Shown: one piece after another, positions 25,718-36,945 of the stretch
Layout of the letters: each line of letters opens with the position of its first letter
Position numbering within the stretch: position 1 is the first letter of the stretch
Origin: Callorhinchus milii
Taxonomy: Eukaryota
Reading direction: 5' to 3'
Length of the DNA stretch: 64,000 nt
Assembly (NCBI RefSeq): GCF_018977255.1
Contig: NW_024704742.1
Coordinates: 51,772,001-51,836,000 of the forward strand
Program-made: the position numbers and the translations under genes
The notes under the pieces: model-generated
The model's input: the letters and a program-made list of their open reading frames with translations, nothing else
What the model was told of the DNA's origin: nothing
Databases searched by the model: none

Positions 25718-26075
25718 CTAATAATAATCCTTGCATTTGATATACTGCCTTAACAAGCCAAAATGTCTCAAAACACTACAGTGATTACTGTTATGTACTG
25801 TGACTAAGTTGGTAGATAAATGTAACAGACAATTTGTGCTGATCAGTCGCCAGGAGGTGAATGAACAATTTAAATGGAGGATTTTGGCCAGGACACAAAA
25901 AGAAAGTACCTCCCTACTCTTTTCTAATAGATTCATGGGTTCTTCAACATCTGCTTGGGATGTCCTCCTGACATGAATGGCACTACTTAAACGCAATGTG
26001 TTGTTGTTGAACAGGCAGATTGGTTTTGGTTTTAATGTCTCATCTGAAAGATAGCACCTGTCAGTGCAGCACTCA
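25718..26075 (-). mobile_element. Older Deu-type SINE containing an antisense L2-tail insertion (25951-26009)
   Basis: Tail aataataatccttgcatttgatata; body homologous to 3945-4374. Confidence 0.7.
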
Positions 26076-26934
26076 CCGAAAACGAGACAACTTTGTGCAA
26101 CTTTCTGTTTAAATTTGCCTCTTTTTGATACAATAACTGAACCCGAGGATTTTCCAACTCTGTGGTGTCAAATCAATGTAACAGGGTTATCAGCTCCTGC
26201 CTTAATCTTCACAAAGAATTAAGCTAATATCTTTACTGAACTAAAAGGATTTCCTGCACCAAATACTGTATTCAGGTCACATCAATAGAAATATTTTTGG
26301 ATAAAAAGAGAAAAATATAAGTCTATGGATGTATAAAATCCACCCAGCACCGATTTACTTTAAAACTAATCATAGCTGCAAACTAATGAAAGTGTCTAAT
26401 AGTGAAGAAATATGACCTCAACATAGTGAGAATGCAGGAAGGAGGACGAGTGTGGGATGGCAGCACATTTGAAGGCCGGAAGGAATTATGGAGCAACATT
26501 GATAAAATGGAGGCAGTCAGAAAAGATTAAGAAAGAATGAGAGGATGGAGGCCACAGGGTTTAAAAACAACCTCCCCTTTAAGTGGGATAATAGTTAAGT
26601 CTTGGATGAACTTGATTTTTAGAGAGTTCAGAGCTGTTAAGTGTAAAAAATGTTTGGCATGAAAGAGGAAATTGTTACTTGGAAGCTACTTTTGGAATAG
26701 AGGAAATATGAGGCCTCCATTTGAGGTTAGAGATAGTAAAGTAGAGTATACAAGGGCACCCAAATATGAAATATGTAAGTCACTTTTTTAAAGCATGGTA
26801 TGTAAATCTGTGTAAAATTACAGTGATGTATGAGGAAATCCCTTTACTTTAAGAATTTCAAATAGTTAAGTATTCTCGACAGATACAGGCTTTTTTATTC
26901 AATGGAAATTATGTTGTTTAGTACTAAAACTACT

Positions 26935-27470
26935 ACTAATAATCATTTTTTGCATTTTTGATATAACGTCTTATTACATAGTCAAGATGTCTGTAAGCAC
27001 TTCACAGGATTTGCTTTAAAGTCAGCTCTGCCATTGTTAAGTGCTCTGAGATGCTACCCTGCTTGGAGGGCACTATATAAGTGCAGGTTTTTGTTGCAAA
27101 GTGTATTGACTGTGTACATTGTAGGCAAACAAGGCAGCTAATTTGCCCACAGTAAATGTTCACTCGAACTCTGGGAGAATCTTCCTTTCCTTTTCAAATA
27201 GTGCCACTGGATCTTGTCTTTCAGCGCCTTGGGACGTCCTCCTGACGTGAAAGGCGCTTTATAAATGGAATCTTGTTGTTGTTGTTGTTGTCTTAATAGG
27301 CAAATAGGGTTTCACTTTAATGGATTAACATCTTATCTGAAGGATGGCATTTTCAACAATGCAGTGTTCCCTCAGCACTATATCGGAATGTCAACTTGGA
27401 CTGCAAGATCAAACTCCCAACATGGCGCTTGAACCCATAACCTTCTGACTCAGAGGCACGAATGCTACTA
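26935..27470 (-). mobile_element. Older Deu-type SINE containing two L2-tail insertions (~27038-27097 and 27222-27290)
   Basis: Head cttgaacccataaccttctgactcagaggc; body colinear with 3945-4374. Confidence 0.7.
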
Positions 27471-28540
27471 GCAGAACCGTTGTGGGTCTTGTAGGTGGCC
27501 ATAAACAATCCTCTTTTGAGAGGAAAGAAAGCCAGCAGAATTAATATTGGAGTATTGCTGTTTTTTCAAAGAAATAACAAATAATCCAATCACAATCTTT
27601 ATGTTGAGTGCTCTTTGCAATGCCCTGACCTGACTCGAGTCCCTCCCAACAATTTCTGCCTCACACACTATCATTAATTTTGATATAGAAATATAATATC
27701 TAGAATGATAGTTTCCTACTGTCAAAATCACCCTAGTAACCCAAATGCATAATTTGGAAAATCTCAGGTTATTTTTTTTTACAGCGTGTAAAAGAAGCTG
27801 TGGGTATGGAAGGATATCATGTTAACTTGTGTAATAATTTATTTTTTAAATTATTATTGTGGCTAATTACAGAATAGCAATGGGTGCAAATATCCTGAAA
27901 ACTGCAGACTCTCTCAAATTCTGAGACATTATCCCTGATGCTGGTTCCTTTCCAATGTGTCTGAACAGAATCTCACTCCTCATTTCAACTGTAAAATGGA
28001 AGGAAAAGAAAATGCAAAAAAGTTTTGAAAGCTCAAAGTGCTTCCATAATGTTAATATGAGGAGCATTATGATTTTTATAAAATTTCTTCACAAGAGACT
28101 CTTACATAATTTATCCCAATCGTTGTGAATCGTAAACATTTATTGGGCAGGCTGGCAGCCGAGGAGAAGTCACCATCCTATTTTTAAAGCATGATCCAAA
28201 ATGTTCATTCAAGGTAAATTACAGTTCATCGCATGCATTTACAGGGCTAAAATAGTCTTGGCTGAACTGGGTTGCTTTTAAAATCTCCCAGGGATGTAGT
28301 TACTTCATTATGCCTATATTATTCAGATTGGGTAAGCAGCTTCGGAAAATCACATTTTCTAAAACAATGGTAAACCAGGCTTGAGGGGCTGTTCTTATGT
28401 TCCTCACATCACACAAGTCTAAAGCAGACAAGTTTCAGTCTCACAATGCTGTAAAAAAAACCCTATGACCTCAGGACTACATTGCCCTAGTTTACACAGT
28501 CAATGGCATGTGGAGCTTTACTTTTCTGCAATCTAGAGTA

Positions 28541-28730
28541 CTGGCTCAGTTAGTAGCATTCAACAACAACAAGATTACATTTGTATAGTGTCTTTCACGT
28601 CGGGAGGATGTCCCAAGGCGCTGGAGTCAGACCTCTAGAGTCAGAAGGCTGTGGGTTCAAGCCACATATTGTGACTCGGAACTCATAGTTTAGGCTGGGA
28701 TTGCAGTCAGTGCTGGGGAAGTGCTATGAA
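28541..28730 (+). mobile_element. Older SINE head interrupted by an antisense L2 tail (28561-28625)
   Basis: ctggctcagttagtagca [caacaacaac...cccaaggcgctg] ...gagtcagaaggctgtgggttcaagcc. Confidence 0.7.
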
Positions 28731-28844
28731 TCACATTCAATGTCAACTAACTTCTCAACTTAATCAGCTGGGTTATGAATTTATTGAAGGCCATAATACA
28801 CTCAGATTTAGTTTACATTTTCAAACCACTCAAAATATATTCAT

Positions 28845-29161
28845 AATAATAATAATAATCCTTGCATTTGATATAGCGCTTTTCACGTCGGGAGGACGTC
28901 CCAAAGCGCTTCACAGAACACACTGTAAAGTGAATTGACTGTATATTTGTGGACGAAAGCGGCAGCCAATTGCGCACAGCAATGTCCCACAAACAGTCGT
29001 AGATTGAAAATGACCAATTTAATTATTGTTTTTTTTTGAGGGATTATTATTAGGCTCTGTGTGGAGTAAGGAAACTTGCCCAAGGTTTCGCCCTGCCAGG
29101 AATTGAACTCAGGTCTCTCACTTGCAAAGCGAGTGCTCTAACCACTGAGCTACAGGACTCC
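28845..29161 (-). mobile_element. Complete young tRNA-derived SINE (short subfamily)
   Basis: tRNA-like head with TGC at the anticodon-equivalent position, A/B boxes, Deu core ttgctgtgcgcaattggctgccgc, L2-like tail and (att)n. Confidence 0.95.
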
Positions 29162-30699
29162 ACATGGTTTGATGTTGCTCAAGGATGTAATGAACTTAAT
29201 GTTCATATGATTTTCATAAACTGCTCAAACATAGCTGGGCTCTTTGGTGGTATTCAAACTTCTAAATTGTGTTAGATCCGTTTGACACACACACACACAC
29301 ACAGTCTTGCTAACAGTCTGATTTGTTGGGAGTCGTTTACAAACAAACTTCAGTGAAAGGGAATAGCATTTGTCTGGATCGGATTGGATCTCTGGATATT
29401 ATTGTAAACTTCTTCTAATATTATTATTATTTTTATTATTGTAAAAATAATTAAATTCACAATATCAGTCTTTTTGTTGTGGTGCCTTCATTCAATAACA
29501 CAGATTCCTAAGAATGTTGATCTCATTTATTGGAAGAAGTTATTAAACATTCGCATTTGAAAGCAATGTTATGGACAGTATTTGCTGCTGCTTGGAGAAA
29601 CAGGCAGTTAATTCTGTACACATTTTGTGGACTGTGATTTGTTTTGCCTCCACTGGTGGAATTTCATGGCCTGCTGAGTTTTGACATAAATCCATAACAA
29701 GAAAAATCTGCCTTGGTTTTAGCCAAAGTTCATTAATTTCTATCATTTCACAGTAAGACTGAGAGCCAGTTGAAAAAATGGTCAACTGCCATTGCCACTG
29801 CAGCATGTATGTGGTCCAAAGGATGGAACCCATAGGTTACAAATTGCAAATAACTTTTCTTTTATTTAGTTTGAGCTTGTATCCCGTAACTTTAGATCTG
29901 ATCATGGGGACAAAGTCCCGGGGCGAGGTGGAAGTCATCGTTCCAAAAGAAGCAGATGATCTGCACCACGAGAAATGATGCTGTTCAAAATAACTGCTAA
30001 TATTTATGTCTCGTTGAGATACTGATGTCCTTCAGCATTTTAGAATTTGAATGTTTGGTGGTCAGTGAAGTAGTTCATTTTAATTGAAAGATTTCTGTGA
30101 TTTGCATCTTCAAATGTTTTTAAGCACATGTCTGGCTAAATAAGAGTATCCCCACAACGAGGAGCTTCATTTAAAGTTGATTTAAATGAATATTTCCTCA
30201 GGGACCAATTAATTTTCCACATATTCAGTTTTTACTTAATTGGAACTTCTGCAGTTGATTAAGTTTAACCTTTCATTCTTTGGCAAAGGGAATAGGGCTT
30301 CTACTTAATCACTGTTTTTCTATTTTTGTTTTCCTTTTTGATGCTTTTTTAAGGCACGACCACAGAACTGTTGAAAGAGAGGCAAGATAACCATTTACAG
30401 GCATTTTTAATTCAAAGGTGAATGATATCAAGGTGGGCAAAATAGCACTTTCCTTCCCTTTCTTCCTCACATCTGACACAAACTGAATTATATTATCATC
30501 ACAGCACACAAAAGGGTTGTGTGGTGGAAAACACATTTGGATGATCATAGATTGGAGATTGTACAGGAAATTCACAAAATGATTCATCATCCTACTTTAT
30601 TAGGTGAGTACACGTTCGAAACTTTTGGAAAGGAGACACGAGGAGAGAAGAATGAAGAAAAAAAAATATTTCAGTTAAGATAACTTTCCTATATTAAAC

Positions 30700-31160
30700 C
30701 CTAGATGGACACCATCCTCCTTGGCTCTTGCTGATGTCTCCTTTCTTCCGGCTCTGACCTCCTCAACCTCCCTGGCCTCCCTCTCAAACTCTCCAAATGG
30801 GGCACACCATTCGCACCCAGTTTGGTCACCAGCTTTCCTTTCTTCCTTACATCTGATCCCTCACCAAGACCACCTTCCTCTTCCTCCAGCATATTGTCTA
30901 GATCTGTATCACACCCAATACTGCTGAAAATTCATTCATGCTTTAGACACATTCGGGTTAAAGTTTTTCAACGCACCCTCACTCTTCTCTCTATCTTCAC
31001 TATTTACAAGCTGCAACATCCCAAACACCACCTCCTGTAATCTCACCTGAACCAAACTCTGCAAGCCCATCCCCAGTAATCATCAGTTTCCACCCTCTCC
31101 CAGTGGATCAATTTCAAGGTCCTCATCCTCATCTATAAATCCATCCACTGCCTGGCACAC
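30700..31160 (+). mobile_element. Decayed L2 fragments
   Basis: ggggcacaccattcgcacccagtttgg (RT-region remnant) and ctctcccagtggatcaatttcaaggtcctcatcctcatctataaatcc. Confidence 0.55.
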
Positions 31161-31299
31161 CTGGGAAAAGGGCTGAGAAATGTCACTGAAAGACAACTCA
31201 AGACAACTGTTGCTATAGAGCTTCCTGCTCTTCTGCTTTTCAAGAGCATCATCCACAGTTTACATAATCTCCTATGAGAGCATTTTGTTATTGATTGTA

Positions 31300-32170
31300 T
31301 TTGACAACAATTCACTGTTGTTGGCACCCGATGCAGAGAATTGGTCACAGACTCCATGGCTGCTTGTTGGACATTGCAAACTGACTGCTGTGTTTCGTCG
31401 ACAAAATACAGTCCAACCATTTTACAGTGTGCAGCGCTGTGAGATGTCTCATCAATGCTATCTGGGCCAATGGAGCGGGAGGGTGCAGTCCAATGAGCCA
31501 GAATTTCCAGCTATGTGTAATTACAATGCTGGTATTGGCATTAACTGGCTTTTTTCATTGCTGAAAAATGCTGGGAACGGCACTCTAGTTGTTCGAACTC
31601 CACAAGCAGAAGATATCGAATAAGCTATTTTCTGCTTCCAGGATTCAAACTAAGTCAAAGTTGATATGTGCTGCTGGAGGTCAGCAGCCACGGTGAAAAA
31701 GGGGGATGCATACTCGGAGAGTGGGCTGGTGGGAGTCTACACGTGAGTGGGCCCGCAGACATGTTTTATAATTTTTCAGTTTCAAGCCTGGTGCAGCTTG
31801 GGTTGAATTCCGGAGTCTGGTAAGCCGAGGGTTTGCTGTCTTAGAAAATAACCAGCTTTGCATTAGTTTTAATTCTTCCTGTAAGATTTTTCAGATCGCT
31901 TTTCTATTAGAAAGTGTGCGGAGTGTAGAAGAGCTCTCATTTTTGACTTAAAAGGTAAATGCACCGTTTGCCAAGGACCTTTGACTTACAAACAAGAAGA
32001 AAAGGACTTTAAGAGGAAATGTATAAATGTTATCTTATCACTCAGGAAAACAGGCCGGGAAACCATCTCGAACTAGTTATCTACCCTTGAATTTCCTGCT
32101 CCACTAGAAGCTTGCCAACTGACGCAACCATATCCATACGTGCATACCCACACATGCAGCTTGCCTGAAA
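31300..32170. promoter_or_regulatory. CpG-retaining unique region with paired CCAAT boxes (promoter candidate)
   Basis: About 20 CpGs in ~0.9 kb; CCAAT at 31467 and 31490 flanking gcgggaggg; E-box CACGTG at 31740; donor-like GTGAGT (31743) and GTAAGC (31820). Confidence 0.4.
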
Positions 32171-32539
32171 CCATTTAGTAGACTTGAGGGACTGATTGCT
32201 TCCTGTAACACTCTAATTCACAGATTTTATGACACTATCTGAAGGGAGTTTTTCCCAGTGTCCTAGCCAACAATCTTCCAGTTTAATTGCTTATTTAACT
32301 CATGACTGTATTGTTGGACCTTGCTGGCTTCTGTAGAAATAGTCACGACAGTTGACAGTAATTCAATACAATAAAGTATTATAAAAATAAAGGTATTTCT
32401 TGTTATTTACAGATCAGCACTTAAAAATCAGATTAAATGGAGTCATCTTCTTTTTTAAAATGCAATATTTTCATGAAGATCACACATCTTCAATACTGAA
32501 ATAGAAAACACTTAACTCTTTACAGAACTGCGACTCTTA

Positions 32540-32990
32540 GATCACTGGTAGGCCACATTTGGAATATGGTGTACATTGTGGGCCCTTACGTTCAAAAGAG
32601 CATTAATGTACTGGAAATGGTTCATAGAAGAATGACAAAGAAGATTTTTGTTAAGTTTTGAGAGAAATTTCACTACAGAAAATAACATGCAAATGTGCGG
32701 AGGGAGGGAAGAGAGAAGATAAATTGCAGGCATTTAAAATGTAAGGAGGCTATTTGACTTAGACTACAAGGGCAGAATTCGAGGACATATGTTTAAAATT
32801 AAAAAGCCTCAAGAAAAACTTGAGATTAGAAGGATTATTTTCTTCCACAGAGTAGTGGATATGTGGAACAGACATTCCAACAAAGCAATTAGTGCTATGT
32901 TAATTAACATCTAAAAGAAATGGTTGGGAACAGTATTGGACTTGACAGGAGTAGGTACAGCCTGAGATGAACAATTATTCCATACCAGTC
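32540..32990 (+). mobile_element. Decayed CR1 3' fragment
   Basis: aggccacatttggaatatggtgtaca (RPHLEY-like) and ttttcttccacagagtagtggatatgtggaacag. Confidence 0.65.
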
Positions 32991-33814
32991 CTGGTATTGG
33001 TAATCTGGTTCCTGAGCCAGCTGACTGCACGACACCTTCAAGGATGTGTATGTTTGTCACAGCCAGGTGGTGAAAAGTCATCCGTGATGCCTTCTATAGA
33101 ATTTTTTTTACAGCACCGAAGGCCATTCAGCCCATTGTATCTCTAGTTGAGTGCCTACTGAGCTAAGCTCACACATGAGCCTCTGGTCACTTGCGGGGAT
33201 CCTGGAGGGCAAAATGTGCCCAGAAGAACCATTTCTCAGCAAGAGGAGGCCAGACCGTGATCAAAGAGGAATGGGGTCAGAATCAGAAAAAAAGAATTGG
33301 ACACACTAACTTGTAAACAAAGATTCTGGTGAGGCCTCTGTTGCTGTTTACAAGCTCAGAAAGTGATGTTTAGGAATACTGTACTGCATTCTGACTCACT
33401 ATGTCGTATAGCTTATTCTCTAACCAATTTTGTTTGCACATTTAAATTATGCAGCATCTGTACACTTCAGTGGTGTATCCCTGCTGGAAGAAATATACCT
33501 TTACAGTGAAGACAGCAGGCATGTGGAGAGGTTTCCACTTACAATTCCTCATCCTGTTCCCACAATGATCTATTTGCACTGAGAGAGCAGAGACAAAATA
33601 ATAGAAATATCTTTCACCAGTGAACTTGCCAATATTTCATGTAAATTGTCACAAAGCAAAATACGTTGCTAAATAAATAGACACTTTGTTTGGGGAGTTT
33701 TGGGGTGAGACTTTGTTTGCCCTTGAGATTTCTTACATATTGGTAGTTGTCACTCAGCTTAAGCTAAGGACTTGTTCAACAAGTTTCTGAGCAAAAGCTA
33801 CTCAATATTTTACA

Positions 33815-34020
33815 ATAATCCTTACATTTTGTATAGCACCTATTGCATCAGAAGGATGTCGGAAGTACTTCACACAACATAATGCACAGTGGAGTTACTG
33901 TGTGTTGTGTGAGTAAATGCTGATTTTGGTTTAACATCTCTTCTGAAGGACTGCATTTCCAACAATGCAACACCCCCCCAGGGCTACATTGGAGCCAGAT
34001 TACATACTTGAGTTCAAAAT
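33815..34020 (-). mobile_element. Decayed Deu-type SINE fragment
   Basis: aataatccttacattttgtatagcacc tail and ggtttaacatctcttctgaagg body. Confidence 0.55.
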
Positions 34021-34192
34021 TCTACAAGACATTTTTTTTCCACCGATTTTTAGTTTTCAAATGTAAATCCTGGTATTTTTAACATCTTCCTTCTCACTTG
34101 GAACATCTTTACTGAAAATAGTAATTGGCTGCTACCTCTCTAGGAGGCTGAGAGGTGTTTCCTTAATTTTGTTAACGTTTTGATGTTTGCAG

Positions 34193-34307
34193 GTGGAATT
34201 TTAACCCTCTCTCAAGGTGGAAGAGAAAGCAGGAGCTCAACTCTCATGACTGTGTGTAGCAAGTTCCACCTTCTGATACCAGGATACTTTCAAGGGGTTA
34301 AATCCAC
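34193..34307. repeat. Small element with imperfect terminal inverted repeats (MITE-like)
   Basis: gtggaattttaaccc ... ggggttaaatccac. Confidence 0.35.
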
Positions 34308-36779
34308 AAAAGAATAATAAATAGGTCAAAATTCAAGAGGGAGGAATGTATTAACTGAACAAATGGTCCCTGTAGTATCCTAAAAAGACAAACATTAATC
34401 ATTTTCACTGCTGCTATTTCCCAATATCACGTCAACAGTAGAAATCCCACCATGCAAAGCAAGTTAGTAAGATTTCCTTTATTTTTATTGGAACAATAAT
34501 CAAGTTCTGTTCACTTCCCTGGCTGACTCAGCTCCACTCAGACAAAAGTACTACACAATACAATTTTCCTTCTCCAGTCACCATGCACTGTCTAGTAACA
34601 TAACCACATGCATATACTTTAAGGACTCATAAATCTGTATTTCGTAACTTCATCTCCGATCTGGAAGTCATATGCTTAGCGTTGTTGCAGCCAACTTGCT
34701 GTTTTAAAGGTGTCCTTCAAGGTGGGGGTTAAATTTGAATTAAGAATTTTATACAATGCACAGCAACACACTTTAGCTATGGCTGTTCAAGATTTAACAC
34801 ACAATTTAAAGTTGCTTGTAAAAAGTGTTTGTGTAGCAGGAAACACAAACAATTTTCTGATATCTCAAGAAAACGTACTTTTAGTAAAAATAATCTTTCA
34901 ACTACTTGCAGAAACTCTGCATACCAACGCATGGAAAGAATTCTCAACCGTCAATGGTTTGATTCTGTGGATTGCAATGTAATGAAAAAGCAAGAATGGT
35001 TGTGCCAAAAAAAACTTTTTTTCTCCTCCAGTATTAGTGTCATTTGATACCATATTATAAGATAAACTGCATCTTCCAGGTGGCCAAATAATACAGACTA
35101 GGCCTACAGTTTCATGTTTCAATTTCTTATTTCATGTCAAAAAATAACAAACTCCTAAGCAGCTGCTAAGAATGCAACAATTATCACAAACTCCTTCCAT
35201 GAACAGAGATGCAGGACCTCAACATCTGTATGTATACCCACTCAGGAGAACTGGAGTCCATTTCAAAATACCCAAAGAATATATATAGAACTTAACAACT
35301 GCCACAATATGCAAGAGTAGTGATTTAATCATGTAGTATGGCAGGTTTGATGTTATCAACTTCGAGATTAGTGGTCACTTTATAAAAGGAATGTCTGACT
35401 GCCAAATTCTCAATTTAATATCATAAACTCTCTGCCTCAAGACAATTTTGATTATCATTGTAATTTTTATCATAAAGAAATTTTGTTCAGTATTACTGGC
35501 TGTGTTGGTTGCCCGCCAATGGTCAAATGCAATATTTCCATAATTATAAAAGTCTAAATAAATCATATTGGTGCATTTTATGGGGAAAGTTACCAAATGC
35601 TGGCAAATCTGTTATCCAAGCTTTCATTAACTCCCACCTGGACATTTCAAATGGGGCTTAGTTGCTGACTTCAAATAGATCTTATTTGATTGTGCCATAT
35701 TTGTCTGAAAGATATTCTCAATTGTGTACAGTTGAGCCTGAATGATTAACTCAAATGAGGACACAGTGACATTGTAACAAATTGACTGTGTGGGAACCTA
35801 ACATAAACAGCAAGCATTTTATTATACTCTGATCCTTTAAAATTAAATACTAACCTGAATTGGAACATGAAAAAGGCCCATTTCTTCCAATAATCTTGTA
35901 TGTGTTCCAATAGTCTCTTCTTGGACCCTTCAAATCGTTCTTTAAAGTTACTCCAAGGTAAATAAAAACTCCTGAAGCTATGTCACCTTGCACCTTACAT
36001 TATTCATCCAAACTTTCTTGATGTGATATTTCTACAAACTCATCAATTCTGAAATCATCATGTCCTACACACCATTCAATCATATTTAACTGTTCTCAAA
36101 GTTATAACCCTCACCCAGTACTATCCAGTTATTCATTCAACTCTTCTTTTGAAGTTAAGTGAGCAGGCATTAACTGCTTTGATCAGGGATTCTATTCCAC
36201 AATTGCTCCATAAGAATAAAAAACTACCAGCCTCAATTCTTATGGAAATCTCAGTGCAGGAAGAGACCATTCAGCCCACTGTTTCAGTGCCTTGGTGACC
36301 TACTCCTCGCTTCATATGCTTTTTGTATTTTTTTTCTTCATGTGCAAATCTTCAAGCATTCTGGGATGCTGTGAGAGGGGCGCTATATAAATGCAAGTTG
36401 TTGTTGTAAATATAATTCCTTTTAAACATAATTACTCAGTTTCACGTTTTCAGACAAATATGGCACACTTTACATATGCTAATAATCCTTCATGTAAAAG
36501 GTTTCTTATCATCTTTGCTTTATGCAATAATCTTGAGGTTATGCATGCTTCTTCTTCCATGATGCCTGTTCATTTTATATTCTTGTCCCCTAGTACTGTC
36601 CTCATAATCAGAGTAAGCAACTTGCTTACATTTACATTACCTATTCCACACCAGCATTTTAAAAATCGGAATCATATTTAATCTATGAAATCATCATGTC
36701 CTACACACCATTCAATTGTATTGAACTGGGAATAGTGTGATCACTCTTTTTGATCCCTTGCAATTTTTTTTCAAAAAAA

Positions 36780-36945
36780 AACTTTTTTCAAGACCCTCCT
36801 CTTCGACCATACCATCAATCACCCCCTTCCCCTCCCCTCCCCCCAACCCCAGCTCGGGTCTGAAATGCTGTACTCTGTCCAGTGCCTTGGGACGTCCTCC
36901 CGACATGAAAGGCGATATACAAATGTAATCTTGTTATTGTTGTTA
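36780..36945 (+). mobile_element. L2 3' end
   Basis: Closely matches 53755-53930. Confidence 0.9.

Noticed and set aside
29896..29959. Terminal-exon-like SDHGDKVPGRGGSHRSKRSR*
   Set aside because: Weak acceptor, unrecognised peptide and no linked upstream exon
34905..35015. C-type-lectin-like WFDSVDC...WLCQKK peptide
   Set aside because: Spacing is imperfect and no other lectin exons or motifs were found
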